Assembly: GCA_034670305.1 (NCBI GenBank)
Contig: JAXMNT010000035.1
Coordinates: 1 to 64,000, forward strand
DNA length: 64,000 bases
Source of the DNA: Deltaproteobacteria bacterium
GTDB lineage: Bacteria > Myxococcota_A > Polyangia > Polyangiales > Houyiibacteriaceae
Direction: 5' to 3'
Shown here: positions 19,205 to 30,025 of the stretch, piece after piece
Position numbering within the stretch: position 1 is the stretch's first letter
Layout: every line of letters starts with the position of its first letter
The notes under the pieces: model-generated
What the model was told of the DNA's origin: nothing
Seen by the model: the letters and a program-made list of their open reading frames with translations, nothing else
The model's database searches: none
Translations under genes and position numbers: made by a program

Positions 19205-20506
19205 GTGCGCGCTCTGAAACTGACCGGCCGTTTCCTGTGGATCCTCTGGGTCATGGGCGCGGCGTTTTGGCGCTACGTCTTCCGGCGCCTGACCGGCGGC
19301 CGGCTCACGACGCTCGAGCGCGATCGCCTGCGGGGCGTGATCCTCGCCGACATGCTGCAGCGGCTCGGCGCCACCTACGTGAAGTTCGGGCAGATCCTGA
19401 GCACCCGGCCGGATCTCTTCGGGCCGGGCATCACCGACTCGCTCGCGCGGCTGCAAGACCACGTCGCGCCGATCCCCTACGACATCGTCGAAGGCGTGAT
19501 CGATGGCGAACTCGACGCGACTTCACGCGCGCTGCTCGTGGCGATCGAACCGGAGCCACTCGCCGCCGCCTCCGTCGCCCAAGTGCACCGAGCCGAGCTC
19601 AAGGACGGAACCTTCATCGTCCTCAAGGTGCAGCGGCCGCTCGCGCGGATCCAGGTCGATCGAGATCTCGTATTGATGATGCTCGGCGCGAAGTTCCTGA
19701 ACCTCTTCCCGTCGATCAAGCTCCTCTCCCTGCCTGGCGCGGTGGAGCGGTTCGCCGAAGCGATGCGGGGGCAGCTCGACTTTCGCCTCGAAGCCGAGAA
19801 CAACCGGCGCTTCGCCAAGAACTTCGAACACCTCGAAGGCGTGGACGTGCCGAAACTCTTCGATGCGCTCTGCACCGAACGGGTGCTCGCGATGGAGTTC
19901 ATCGACGGAGTGCGCGCGACCGAACCGGAGAAGGTGGGGGGCGACCGCGAGGCGATCGCGCAGAAGGGGCTGCAGTGCATTCTGCAGATGGTGTTCGACG
20001 ACGGGTTCGTGCACGCGGATCTGCACCCCGGCAACATCATCCTGACGCCGGACGAGCGCGTCGTGCTCATCGATCTGGGCCTGGTCGCGGAGATCGAAGA
20101 CGAACTCAAGGGCCCCTGGATCGAGAGCTTCCTCGCCATCGGCCAGTACGACGCCAAGAGCGCAGCGCGCCTCTTCTACACCTACGCGCCCTTCGTCGCG
20201 ACGAAGGACTACGGCGCCTACGAAGCGGACGTCGAAGCGCACTTCTCGAGCTTCCACGGCAAACCGCTGCACGAGATCGAAGCGAGCCAAGTCCTGGCCG
20301 GCATGATGAACATTCTTCGCCGCCACCGGATCCAGATCGACCCGGTGTTCACCGTGGTGAACATCGCGATGCTCGTCGCGGAGGGGCTCGGCAAGCAGCT
20401 CGACCCGAACCTCGATCTCATCCAGGTCTCGACCCCGTACCTGATGAAGGCCATCGCCCACGCGCCGACCAGCCGCGCGCCCAAACGCGAAGTCCCCGCA
20501 CACTGA
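19205..20506 (+). CDS. AarF/UbiB (ABC1) atypical kinase
   Basis: VKFGQILSTRPD, AAASVAQVH, KVQRP, HADLHPGN, DLG. Confidence 0.92.
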   Translation: MRALKLTGRFLWILWVMGAAFWRYVFRRLTGGRLTTLERDRLRGVILADMLQRLGATYVKFGQILSTRPDLFGPGITDSLARLQDHVAPIPYDIVEGVIDGELDATSRALLVAIEPEPLAAASVAQVHRAELKDGTFIVLKVQRPLARIQVDRDLVLMMLGAKFLNLFPSIKLLSLPGAVERFAEAMRGQLDFRLEAENNRRFAKNFEHLEGVDVPKLFDALCTERVLAMEFIDGVRATEPEKVGGDREAIAQKGLQCILQMVFDDGFVHADLHPGNIILTPDERVVLIDLGLVAEIEDELKGPWIESFLAIGQYDAKSAARLFYTYAPFVATKDYGAYEADVEAHFSSFHGKPLHEIEASQVLAGMMNILRRHRIQIDPVFTVVNIAMLVAEGLGKQLDPNLDLIQVSTPYLMKAIAHAPTSRAPKREVPAH

Positions 20507-21270
20507 TGGCGTTCCGTGGCCAAGAGGCGTCCGACCAAGCCCGCCGCGAAGCGCTCGAGGCCGAAGTGGAGACGCTGCGCGCGCAGAACGCGGAGCTGAC
20601 CAAGCACGCGGTGTCCGATGCGCCACAAAGCTCGCTTCTGCCGGCGGTCCTGCTCTTCGCTGCCGCGGTGGGCTGCGGTGCGTACGCCGCATTCGCCCCG
20701 TACGTCGAACTTCGGATGATCCTCATCCTGGCCGCCGGATTCTTCACGACCGCAGCCGCCACGACGGTGGTGATCCGTCGCTATCTCCTCTTGGTGCCGC
20801 CCGATCGCATCTGCATCGTGGCCGGCCGAGCTCGGGAGGTGAATGGGCTCAAGCTCGGATACCGCGTCGTGACGACCGGCCGGACCATGCGCCTTCCGAT
20901 CCTCGAGAAGGTCGAGTGGCTGTACGGCGGGGCCATCGCGTTCGAGCGCCGGCTCACGGTTGAAGTGAGCGATGGCCACGTGGATCTCTTGGTGGGCGCC
21001 CGCTGCGCCGTCGGCCGCAGGCACGAAGAGCTGCTGGAGCGCGCCGTGAACCAATGGGTGGGCTACCCGGTCGCCGCGCAACCCGCCGCCATCGAAGAGG
21101 CCGTGGTTCCGATCCTTCGCTCCATCCTCAAACGGATCCTGATCCAGGTGAGCCGGGACGACCTCAAGAAGGACGGCGACAAAGTCGAAGACCTCGTCCG
21201 CCGAGACATCGACGAACAGCTCTGGTCGCTCGGCCTCGAGCTGAAGACCCTGTCTCTAGAAACCACGTAG
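20506..21270 (+). CDS. SPFH/flotillin-like membrane protein
   Basis: Two TM helices, then YRVVTTG...LPILEKV and LGLEL; start overlaps the upstream stop. Confidence 0.65.
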   Translation: MAFRGQEASDQARREALEAEVETLRAQNAELTKHAVSDAPQSSLLPAVLLFAAAVGCGAYAAFAPYVELRMILILAAGFFTTAAATTVVIRRYLLLVPPDRICIVAGRAREVNGLKLGYRVVTTGRTMRLPILEKVEWLYGGAIAFERRLTVEVSDGHVDLLVGARCAVGRRHEELLERAVNQWVGYPVAAQPAAIEEAVVPILRSILKRILIQVSRDDLKKDGDKVEDLVRRDIDEQLWSLGLELKTLSLETT

Positions 21271-21338
21271 CAGTATTGCCCGGTCTACCCGAACTGAGTT
21301 GGGTGGTGATCGGAGAGCCATCCGTCTAGGATCGCAGG

Positions 21339-23351
21339 ATGGATTTCGGGGCGCGACAGTGGGTGCTGTGTTTGTCTTTGGCCGTTGGGTTGGCGTGTTC
21401 CAGTGACCCGCCGCCTGAACCCGAATGTGAAGGGCACATGGACTGCCCTGAAGGCGAACGTTGCTTCGAGGGCAACTGCGAGACTGGCGGGCCTTGTGCC
21501 ACAACGCCGGACTGTCTGGTCGCGGATGACCCGTGCCTGACCGCCCGCTGCGAGCCTGCGACCCGCACATGCATCTACGGGGTCCTAGACGGCGACGGCG
21601 ACGGATCATCCCCAAGCATCTGTGGAGGCTTCGACTGCGACGACGGCGACCCGGACATTCACCCGGGCGCGGTCGATGTGTGCGATGGAGTCGATGCCGA
21701 CTGTTCAGGCGACGAACCCCCCGATTCACCGGGGTGTGCCGTCAACAAGGAATGTTCCGACGGTCGGTGCGTATGCGTCACCGGTCGCAGCGACTGCGGC
21801 GGGTTCTGCTACGACCTGAGTTCGGACCGAACCCACTGCGGCCGGTGCAACAACGGATGCATCGGTGGGCAGGTGTGCCGGGGCGGTTCGTGCGTCTGTC
21901 CAGGCCCCGAAGAGTTCTGCGAACGGGCTTGCGTAGACACCACAACCTCAACGAGCCATTGCGGCGGCTGCGACATCAGTTGCAATGGCCTGATGTGTCT
22001 TGATGGATCTTGTGGATGTGGTCCGGCACTAAGCGGCTGCCCCAGAGGAAGCGTGCTTGCTTGCGTGGACCTAGACTCGGATATCCAACACTGCGGTGCG
22101 TGCGGCAATGAGTGTGCGAGCGGTGCGACCTGTCTAGAAGGTGTGTGCAGCATTCGCGCGGATGGGTTGTTCTCTGCGTATGGCATCTCGACATCGGTGA
22201 GCGCGTTTGACCTATCCGGTACCAACTCCGGGTCCCGCATCGATTTCGACGCAGTCTCCAACAGCATCGCCACGGTTGAGGAGACCACAGGCGCCATTCA
22301 CCAGCACCTCGACGGTCCCTCCTCCTTCGACGGGTCCGAGGCCAACTTCGTTCTGTATGGACCCGACGGAGTCCACCGATGGGTCGCGGCGACCACCATG
22401 ACTGCTCGCCGCCAAGTGACAGCGGAAGGGGCGCACGTCTTCGTCGCCATGTCAGAGGATGGGCCTAGCGGAACTCTCTCTGGTCAGACCTTCCTCCGAG
22501 AGATTGGTAGTGAGCGGATCGAGCTGCTCGCAGAACTCGACCACGACACCGGAGAAGTCGTTCAGTCGGTCGACTTCGGCGCTCTCGATGTGAGGATCAC
22601 GGACATCGACGCAAATTCAGCTGGGGAGGTACTTGTCCTCCTTGAGCATCTGGAGGGAACCGTAGACCTTGGCGGTGGGCCATTCGATGCAGCCGATGGG
22701 CAGGGAATCGTTGTCATCTATGGACCGGGTCTCGTACATCGGCACTCGTTCCAGGTTCCGTTTGTGTCGCTTGGGCAGTTCAACCCCGGCGGAGACATCG
22801 TGCTCCACGGTGCACTCCTGGCGGAGGCATCCTTCCGCGGCGGGCCCGTACTGGCTCCAGCCTTCTCAGGCTACCTCGCACGTTTGACTCCCGAAGGTGG
22901 ACACCTTTCGTCCTTCATCCGGACGGGCCGAGTGTTGGCAGTCACCGCGAGAGGCGTTTGGGTCCAGGCGTCGGTCGGATTCGGGTTCTATCGGTTCGAT
23001 GGAACGGAGCTCCGTCTCCCTGCCCCATGGTCTGATCCGGACGTTCAAGCGGAGCACGTCGCCATCTCCGGCTCCGACCTATTCGTGAGTGGTCAGTTCC
23101 TGTCCAGAACCGACGTTGGTGAAATCCGGTTTGGTCGGAGTGCCTTCGTCGCTCGGTTCGACGCCGATACGCTCGTCCTGCGCGACGTGACGACCACGCC
23201 AGCTCCGACCTTCGGCTTCTTTGCCCTCGGTGGCGCGACACCCACGGTGAGGACCGTCGGCACCAGCTTTGGCATCGAACGTTTTGCCGGGCGTAGGCTC
23301 GGGGGGTTCGGTTCAGCCCACTCGTTCTTCGTGGACTACCAGTTCAGGTAA
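21339..23351 (+). CDS. Cys-rich lipoprotein with putative metal-binding motif and C-terminal beta-rich domain
   Basis: Lipobox GLAC; DCDDGDPDIHPGAVDVCDGVDADC; DxxHCGxC repeats; codon usage visibly less GC-biased than neighbours. Confidence 0.8.
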   Translation: MDFGARQWVLCLSLAVGLACSSDPPPEPECEGHMDCPEGERCFEGNCETGGPCATTPDCLVADDPCLTARCEPATRTCIYGVLDGDGDGSSPSICGGFDCDDGDPDIHPGAVDVCDGVDADCSGDEPPDSPGCAVNKECSDGRCVCVTGRSDCGGFCYDLSSDRTHCGRCNNGCIGGQVCRGGSCVCPGPEEFCERACVDTTTSTSHCGGCDISCNGLMCLDGSCGCGPALSGCPRGSVLACVDLDSDIQHCGACGNECASGATCLEGVCSIRADGLFSAYGISTSVSAFDLSGTNSGSRIDFDAVSNSIATVEETTGAIHQHLDGPSSFDGSEANFVLYGPDGVHRWVAATTMTARRQVTAEGAHVFVAMSEDGPSGTLSGQTFLREIGSERIELLAELDHDTGEVVQSVDFGALDVRITDIDANSAGEVLVLLEHLEGTVDLGGGPFDAADGQGIVVIYGPGLVHRHSFQVPFVSLGQFNPGGDIVLHGALLAEASFRGGPVLAPAFSGYLARLTPEGGHLSSFIRTGRVLAVTARGVWVQASVGFGFYRFDGTELRLPAPWSDPDVQAEHVAISGSDLFVSGQFLSRTDVGEIRFGRSAFVARFDADTLVLRDVTTTPAPTFGFFALGGATPTVRTVGTSFGIERFAGRRLGGFGSAHSFFVDYQFR

Positions 23352-23360
23352 CGGGGTCCG

Positions 23361-24710
23361 TTACGGGGCGAAGCGGCCGCGGCCGCGGTTGATGATCGGG
23401 TGGCCGGCGGTGTTGCCGACTCCAGGTGTTTCGGTCTGGAGTCGGAAGCCGTTGCCGAGGTCGCCGTTGGCGCAGTGGCGTTCTTCGGCGATGCAGTGGC
23501 GGGTCCAGGTCTGGGCGGTCTCCGGTTCCCAGGCCATGAACCAGTCGCCGTGCGCCGATGCACCGCCGGGTGATTCGTCCGTGGTGTCGTAGCTGTCCGA
23601 CGAGAGGAACCAGTCGCGGGTGTCGCCGTAGGGTCCGACGCTGCGGTCGTCGAGCGGGTAGTAGAGCTGGTAGCTGACCTGCGGGATCGCGACCGGGTGG
23701 CTGGCGGGGCACCGGAAGGTGTCGGTGGGTTCGTCGTATTCGACGTACGCCATGTGGGCCTGGTGGTTCTCGGAGTCGAGGTTCTCGCCATCCCAGCAGG
23801 GCGGGAAGAAGAGCCCGAAGTGCACGCGCCAGGGAATCGGTGCGCCTTCGTCGCGACCTGGAACACAACGCGGAATGGTCGGCGACTGATCCTGCGGCTG
23901 TCCCTCCGCGTTGCGCTGGTCGTGGCAGGTCCAGCGGATCACCGTTGGGTGCTGCGGCGACTCCGGCGTCGCGCTGCCGCGGCCGGCGATCATGCGCAGG
24001 CCGATCGGCGGCGGAATCACGTCGCCCTCCACGCCGCGCTTGTAATAGACGTCCGGCCCGTGGTTCTCGGTGTCGATGAGCTCACCGGAGCCATCGCGCA
24101 TGGGCACGCCGTTGTCGTCGAGTTCCCAGCTGTCGACCGGGTAGATGATGCGGAACGCGCCGTTCGGGATGAAGCGGCCTTCGTCGTCGGTCCGGAACGA
24201 GCCGTCTTCGTTCTGCTCGTACATCGGGCGCAGCACCGTCGGGACCCAGTAGGCGGTCATGTTGAGCGGGCCGCCTTGGCAGGTGCTGGTCATGCCGCTG
24301 CGCGCGTTGTCGACGGTGAGCGTGTGGTCCGCGACCGTGCTGCCGAAGTAGGTGTGCAGGTGCGCGACGCCTTCTTCGCCCGGGTAGACGATCGGATCGT
24401 CGTAGTTGACGTGCGAGAGGCTGCACTTGATCCGGAAGGTCCCGTACTCGTCCCGGTCGGTGAACGGGTCCTGCGTGCGATGGGTGACCAGGTGCCCGTG
24501 CATCGGGTGCGCGGGATCGAACACGCTGCCGCCGGGGCCTTCGATGACGCAAGAAGACGAGCAGCCGTCGCCGCTCACCTGGTTGCCGTCGTCGCAGGTC
24601 TCCCCGAGCCCGATCTCGTTGTCCCCACACGAAGCGAGCGGAGGGTGGTCGTCCCCGCAGGACGCCGAGAGCAAGAGGCAGAGCGCAAACGTCGAACGCG
24701 TGAAGGCCAT
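23361..24710 (-). CDS. DUF1996-domain lipoprotein
   Basis: [47 protein letters not shown]. Confidence 0.88.
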   Translation of the reverse strand: MAFTRSTFALCLLLSASCGDDHPPLASCGDNEIGLGETCDDGNQVSGDGCSSSCVIEGPGGSVFDPAHPMHGHLVTHRTQDPFTDRDEYGTFRIKCSLSHVNYDDPIVYPGEEGVAHLHTYFGSTVADHTLTVDNARSGMTSTCQGGPLNMTAYWVPTVLRPMYEQNEDGSFRTDDEGRFIPNGAFRIIYPVDSWELDDNGVPMRDGSGELIDTENHGPDVYYKRGVEGDVIPPPIGLRMIAGRGSATPESPQHPTVIRWTCHDQRNAEGQPQDQSPTIPRCVPGRDEGAPIPWRVHFGLFFPPCWDGENLDSENHQAHMAYVEYDEPTDTFRCPASHPVAIPQVSYQLYYPLDDRSVGPYGDTRDWFLSSDSYDTTDESPGGASAHGDWFMAWEPETAQTWTRHCIAEERHCANGDLGNGFRLQTETPGVGNTAGHPIINRGRGRFAP

Positions 24711-24779
24711 CGCCCGACGCATAGCGCACGGTCGCCGCTTCGCCACCGCCACCGGCGTACGAGCCGCCGATTGCAGCGG

Positions 24780-25143
24780 CCGAAGCCGACAGCCGATGCC
24801 GGAGGCGAAGCCGAAGCCGAAGCCGATGCCGACGCCGAAGCCGAAGCCGAAGCCGATGCCGATGCCGACGCCGACGCCGAAGCCGACGCCGAAGCCGATG
24901 CCGATGCCGATGCCGATGCCGATGCCGAAGCCGATGCCGACGCCGATGCCGACGCCGATGCCGACGCCCTCGGTACCAGTTTCAGCACCAGCTTCAGAGT
25001 CAGTCTCAGAATCAGGATCGGCTTCAGAGCCAGCTTCAGAATCAGAATCAGCCGCAGAACCAGAATCAGAACCAGCTACAGAACCGGCTACAGAATCAGC
25101 TTCAGCACCAGCTTCAGAACCGGCTGCAGCTGAAGCTACAGCC
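24780..25143. repeat. Composite array: (GCCGAA/GCCGAT/GCCGAC)n then degenerate CAG-type hexamers
   Basis: 24780-24968 and 24975-25143 are periodic blocks of different composition. Confidence 0.9.
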
Positions 25144-25165
25144 GTGCTCCGAAGGGAGCACGGCT

Positions 25166-28009
25166 CTAGTACTTCCGGCGCCAGAGCAGGCCGAGCAGGC
25201 CGAGTACGACGAGCGCGCCCGGGACCCGCGAGGGATCGCTCGTGCCCGGCGTTCGGCAGCTGCAGCCGTCCGGATCGTCGACGAAGACGATGCCGCTGTC
25301 GGCGCCCGAGTCGATCGGTCCCGCGTCGACTTCGACCGAAGCGTCGTCTTCGACCGAGGCGTCGTCGGCGACACCGGCGTCGTCGCCCGCGTCCGCGCCG
25401 GCGTCGTCCATGGTGCCGGCGTCGTCCATGGTGCCCGCGTCGTCCATGGTGCCCGCATCGTCCATGCCCGCGTCCGTGCCCGCGTCGTCCATGCCCGCGT
25501 CCATGCCCGCGTCGGCCATACCCGCGTCCGTGCCCGCGTCCGGCATGCAGCCGGCGATCGGTACGTTCTCGCAGCCAGTGCCTTCGGTGCACATGTCCGC
25601 GGTGCAGTCGTCTCCGTCGTCGCAGTCCAGATCCGTGCCCGCCGCGCAGCTGCCCGCCGCACACAGCTCGTCGCCGTTGCAGGTGGTGCCATCGGCGCAG
25701 GACGTGCCGTCCGCTTCGAACAGGTCGGCGCCGCAGCTCTTCGTGGTGCCGTCGCAGTTCTCCGCCACGTCGCACACCCCGCTCGCCGAACGACACTCGG
25801 TGTCCACGGAGGCGACCGCGTCCGAAGGACACGCCGCACCGCCGCCCGAGCAGCTCTCGGCGACGTCGCACACGCCGGTGGCTGCACGACATTCCGTGAC
25901 CGCGTCGAACACGTCCGCCGGGCAGTCCGCATCGGTGCCGGTGCAGGACTCGGCGAGGTCACACACCCCGGCCGCGCCACGACACTCGAGGGTCGACGGC
26001 GCGAAGCCGTCCGCCGGACAGTCGACGTCCGCGCCGTCGCAGCTCTCCGCCACGTCGCAATCGCCACCCACGGCTCGGCACTCGGTGCCCGAGGCGACTC
26101 GAAGGTCGGCCGGGCACGCCGCACCGCTGCCGGTGCAGGTCTCCGCCGCGTCGCACACACCCGCTGGCGAACGACACTCGACGGTGTCCGCCGCGAACCC
26201 GTCGGCCGGACAGGCGCGGCCGGCGCCATCACACGCTTCGGCGACATCGCAGACGTCGGCCGCGGCGCGACAGGTCGTCCCTGCCGCCGCCACGCCATCG
26301 CTCGGACAGTCCGCCGAGCTGCCCGAGCAAGACTCGGCCGCATCGCAGTCGTCGACCGACGCACGACATTCGTTGGTGGAGTCGAGGAACGAATCGCTTG
26401 GACAGACGTCGCTGGATCCGGTGCAGGTCTCGGCCATGTCGCAGTCGCCCGCCACCGCGCGGCACTCGACCGTCGAGGGCGCGAAGGCGTTGGCCGGGCA
26501 CGCGTTGCTGCTGCCCGTGCACGTCTCCGCGACGTCGCAGACCGTGGTCGCGGCGCGGCACTCGACCGTCGAGGGCGCGAAGTCATCGACCGGGCAGTCG
26601 TCCGTCGTCCCCGTGCACGTCTCCGCCACATCGCAGATGCCCACCGATGCGCGGCACTCCGTCGTCGCAGGCTCTCGAAGGTTCGGGGGACAGCTTCTCA
26701 GAACGCCGTTGCAGACTTCCGCCACGTCGCAGTCTCCAGCCGATGCCCGGCAGGTCGTACCCGCCGGCTCCACGCCGTCGGCCGGACAGCTCGGGCTCGC
26801 ACCGTCGCACGCCTCTGCCGCATCGCAGTCGTCCGCCGAAGCGCGACACGTGGTGCCCGTGGGCTGCACGTCGTCGGCCGGACAGGCAGCGCCCGAACCA
26901 TCGCAGAAGTCGGCGACGTCGCATCCACCGGCCGCGGCCGGACGGCACATGGTGACCGCGTCGAAGGTGTCCGCCGGACACGAGGGGTCCACGCCATCGC
27001 AAGTCTCCGCGACGTCGCAGACGCCAGCCGACGCGCGGCATTCGGTGCCCCCGGCCACGACGGTGTCGGTGCAGAGCCCGGCCCCATCGCAGAAGTCGTC
27101 CGCGTCGCATGCGCCCGCGCCCGCGGAGCCGCAGAGCGTGCTCGAAGATGCGAACTGGCAGTCCAGCTGACAGCCGCACGTGGTCGACCCGTTCGCCGCC
27201 CCATCGTCGCAGGCCTCGCCGGTGTCGATCACGCCGTTGCCGCACGGCACGGTGCCGTCTTGGATGGTCACGTCGTCGATGCCGAGCTCGTCGCGGCTGC
27301 CACTGCCCGACAAGTCGTCGGTCACGAAGTGAATGTGCAGTGCCTCGCCGGTGGTCCACGCCCCGCCGAGATCAGCGAAGTCGAGGGTCTGGGCGATCGG
27401 GATCCGATCCCAGACGCCGGTAGGCGCGTCCGGTGTCGAGGTCAGCACGCCCGAGCAGACTTCGGCGGCGGCGCGGCTGGGGATCACGAAACAGACCTCG
27501 ATGCTGTTGCCGCGGGGTTGGTCGTTGAAGAACCAAAAGACGAAATCGAGGTCGAGCTGCCCCACCGCCGGGCCCACGTTGGTGTACTGGGCCGAGAACC
27601 GGCCGGGGGTCATGTCGGTGCCGCCCGGCTGGGCGCCGAGGATTTCGTTCACGCCGGCGCTGCTGGTGTTGAACTGATAGATGCCGCCCGTGGACACACC
27701 GCCGGGGCTGTTGCCGCGGGCGAAGTCGCCGGTCAGCAGCGTATCGCCAAACGCGCCATCGCCATCGCTGAGCCCGCTCACGATCCAATCGTTCGAGTTG
27801 AGCTGTCCAGGGACCGGCGTCGGCTGGAAGCCGGTGCCCTCGAAGCCGGTGAAGTCGTCGGTGATCACCGCGAACCCGCCCGTGCCCGTGAGGTCGAAGT
27901 CGTGTGCCTGCGCGTCCGCCTGGCCCGCAAGCCCCACCGTACCCATCGCCACGATCAACCCAACCCATACAGCGTTCGCACGCCGCGCCCCCGAACCCAT
28001 CCCAGTCAT
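25166..28009 (-). CDS. Surface protein with tandem disintegrin-like Cys repeats and MYXO-CTERM-like tail
   Basis: Signal peptide; ~14 CRxxxxxCDxAExCxGxxxxCP repeats; DAG linker; GCSC...TM-RRKY. Confidence 0.88.
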   Translation of the reverse strand: MTGMGSGARRANAVWVGLIVAMGTVGLAGQADAQAHDFDLTGTGGFAVITDDFTGFEGTGFQPTPVPGQLNSNDWIVSGLSDGDGAFGDTLLTGDFARGNSPGGVSTGGIYQFNTSSAGVNEILGAQPGGTDMTPGRFSAQYTNVGPAVGQLDLDFVFWFFNDQPRGNSIEVCFVIPSRAAAEVCSGVLTSTPDAPTGVWDRIPIAQTLDFADLGGAWTTGEALHIHFVTDDLSGSGSRDELGIDDVTIQDGTVPCGNGVIDTGEACDDGAANGSTTCGCQLDCQFASSSTLCGSAGAGACDADDFCDGAGLCTDTVVAGGTECRASAGVCDVAETCDGVDPSCPADTFDAVTMCRPAAAGGCDVADFCDGSGAACPADDVQPTGTTCRASADDCDAAEACDGASPSCPADGVEPAGTTCRASAGDCDVAEVCNGVLRSCPPNLREPATTECRASVGICDVAETCTGTTDDCPVDDFAPSTVECRAATTVCDVAETCTGSSNACPANAFAPSTVECRAVAGDCDMAETCTGSSDVCPSDSFLDSTNECRASVDDCDAAESCSGSSADCPSDGVAAAGTTCRAAADVCDVAEACDGAGRACPADGFAADTVECRSPAGVCDAAETCTGSGAACPADLRVASGTECRAVGGDCDVAESCDGADVDCPADGFAPSTLECRGAAGVCDLAESCTGTDADCPADVFDAVTECRAATGVCDVAESCSGGGAACPSDAVASVDTECRSASGVCDVAENCDGTTKSCGADLFEADGTSCADGTTCNGDELCAAGSCAAGTDLDCDDGDDCTADMCTEGTGCENVPIAGCMPDAGTDAGMADAGMDAGMDDAGTDAGMDDAGTMDDAGTMDDAGTMDDAGADAGDDAGVADDASVEDDASVEVDAGPIDSGADSGIVFVDDPDGCSCRTPGTSDPSRVPGALVVLGLLGLLWRRKY

Positions 28010-28074
28010 CGTGCGAGCCTACCTGCCCCACGAACCTTCTGCACGCCGGCAGGGCCCCCTTCAGCCCCTGGGTT

Positions 28075-28297
<223 letters not shown>

Positions 28298-28311
28298 AGA
28301 GCACCCCCGGC

Positions 28312-29259
28312 TCAGTCGACCCGATGAAGCGCCGGTCGGCCGTGCAGCACCGCGTCGAGGTTGGCGAGCGCCAGCTCCGCCATGCGCACCCGAGTCGCCG
28401 TGGTCGCGCTGCCCACGTGCGGTGTGAGCACGACGTCGTCCCGCTGAAGGAGCCCGGCGTGTACGCGCGGCTCGTCTTCGAAGACGTCGAGCCCGGCGCC
28501 CCCGATCTTTCCTGCTTCGAGCGCCTGGACCAGTGCGGCTTCGTCCACGATCGCACCTCGCGCGGTGTTGAGGAGCAACGCGCCGCGCTTCATGGCGCCG
28601 AACTCCTGCGCGCCGAACCGGCGACGGGTCGCGTCGTTCAAAGGCGCGCTGATCGCCACCACGTCCGAGACGGAGAGCAGGGTCTCGAAGTCGACCGGCG
28701 ACGCGCCTTCGCGCGCCAGCGCCGGGACCTCGGTCCGAGTGCAGTAGACGACGTTCATGCCGAACCCCGCGGCGCGGCGTGCGATCGCCCGGCCGATGCG
28801 GCCGAAGCCGTAGATCCCGAGGGTCGCGTCGCTCAGCTCCATGCCGAGCAGCGCGGTCGGCGACCAGAACCCGAAGTCGCCACTGCGCGCCAGCCGCTCG
28901 CATTCGCGGAGCCGCCGCCCGACCGACAGGAGCAACGCGAACGCGAGGTCCGCGGTCGCTTCGGTCAACACATCCGGGGTGTTGGTGACGACCACGCCAC
29001 GCTTGGTGCAGGCGGCGACGTCGATGTTGTCGTAGCCGACCGCGAGGTTGGAGACGACGCGCACCGACGGGCACGCGTCCAGGAAAGCGGCATCGATGCG
29101 GTCGGAGAGCAACGAGAGCACCCCGTGGCAGCCGCGGGCGCGCGAACGAAGCTCCTCCGGTGTCGGCGGCCGGTCGTGCTCGAAGAGATCCACCTCGACG
29201 CCCCGGGGAAGCTGGCTGCGCGGATCGATCGGCAACCGCCGGGTGACAAAGATCTTCAT
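28312..29259 (-). CDS. D-2-hydroxyacid dehydrogenase (glyoxylate/hydroxypyruvate reductase type)
   Basis: AVGYDNID, NTPDVLTEATAD, GFGRIG, NTARG, LDVFEDEP, PHVGSAT. Confidence 0.93.
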   Translation of the reverse strand: MKIFVTRRLPIDPRSQLPRGVEVDLFEHDRPPTPEELRSRARGCHGVLSLLSDRIDAAFLDACPSVRVVSNLAVGYDNIDVAACTKRGVVVTNTPDVLTEATADLAFALLLSVGRRLRECERLARSGDFGFWSPTALLGMELSDATLGIYGFGRIGRAIARRAAGFGMNVVYCTRTEVPALAREGASPVDFETLLSVSDVVAISAPLNDATRRRFGAQEFGAMKRGALLLNTARGAIVDEAALVQALEAGKIGGAGLDVFEDEPRVHAGLLQRDDVVLTPHVGSATTATRVRMAELALANLDAVLHGRPALHRVD

Positions 29260-30023
29260 CCGAGTGCACCGAGCCGAAGTTGCCGGAGCCACGCATCCAT
29301 TTCGGCGCGGTTCGGGGGTTCGGTCGGAAGCGTGCTCTTCGCCTCGGCTTCGACGAGTTCCGCTTCGAGCTTCGTCCAGCCGGCCCGCATCGACGCGTCG
29401 ATGTCTTCCGGCAGCGTCGCGTGTTCGTCGGCTTCGCCTTTGAACCGCACCACCTCGAGCACCTGCGGGTACCCGTACTCGGGCGCGAGCGCCGTCGCGT
29501 CGCCGATGAGTTCACCGGTACGCATCAGGTGGATGCCGGTGAGCGCGACCCGGTAGCTGTAGAGCATGGTCTTCGCGCGCTGCTTGAGCGCGTGCTCGCG
29601 CTGCATGCCTTGGAAGAAGCCTTTGTAGTGGCTTGCGAACCGCCGGCTGATGCTGCCGCGCGCGAGTTCCGCGAGCGCGTCGACTTCGGGGCCTTCGACG
29701 ATTTGGATCGGAGACAGAAACCGTTCGAGCAGGTTGCCGTTGCCCTTGAGCAAGAGCGAGAGCGCGCGCGCGGCTTCGTGGGTGGTGAGATCGTGTTCGA
29801 GCGCTTCGAAGTCGAGCAGCCGATCGAAGGTCTCCGTCGGCCGGTCGAGCCCGAGCAGCGCCTGGGTCGGTGCGAGGTGCACGCCCTTGAGATCCACGTC
29901 GCTGTCCGGGGACGGGAACCCGTAGAAGTGCGCCCCGGTCACGCCGAGTTGAAGCAAGCGGCCCGGCGGTGGGTGCGCCTCCAGAAACCGAAGCGCTTTG
30001 TCGCGGTCGACCTCCATGCCCAT
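29256..30023 (-). CDS. Pol-beta superfamily nucleotidyltransferase (RlaP/PF10127-like), copy 2
   Basis: GAHFYGFPSPDSDVDLKG, LLKGNGNLLE, LYSYRVALTGIHLM. Confidence 0.85.
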   Translation of the reverse strand: MGMEVDRDKALRFLEAHPPPGRLLQLGVTGAHFYGFPSPDSDVDLKGVHLAPTQALLGLDRPTETFDRLLDFEALEHDLTTHEAARALSLLLKGNGNLLERFLSPIQIVEGPEVDALAELARGSISRRFASHYKGFFQGMQREHALKQRAKTMLYSYRVALTGIHLMRTGELIGDATALAPEYGYPQVLEVVRFKGEADEHATLPEDIDASMRAGWTKLEAELVEAEAKSTLPTEPPNRAEMDAWLRQLRLGALG

Positions 30024-30025
30024 GG

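Noticed and set aside
25380-25545. Non-coding tandem repeat
   Set aside because: It encodes the DAG(T)MD linker of the surface protein
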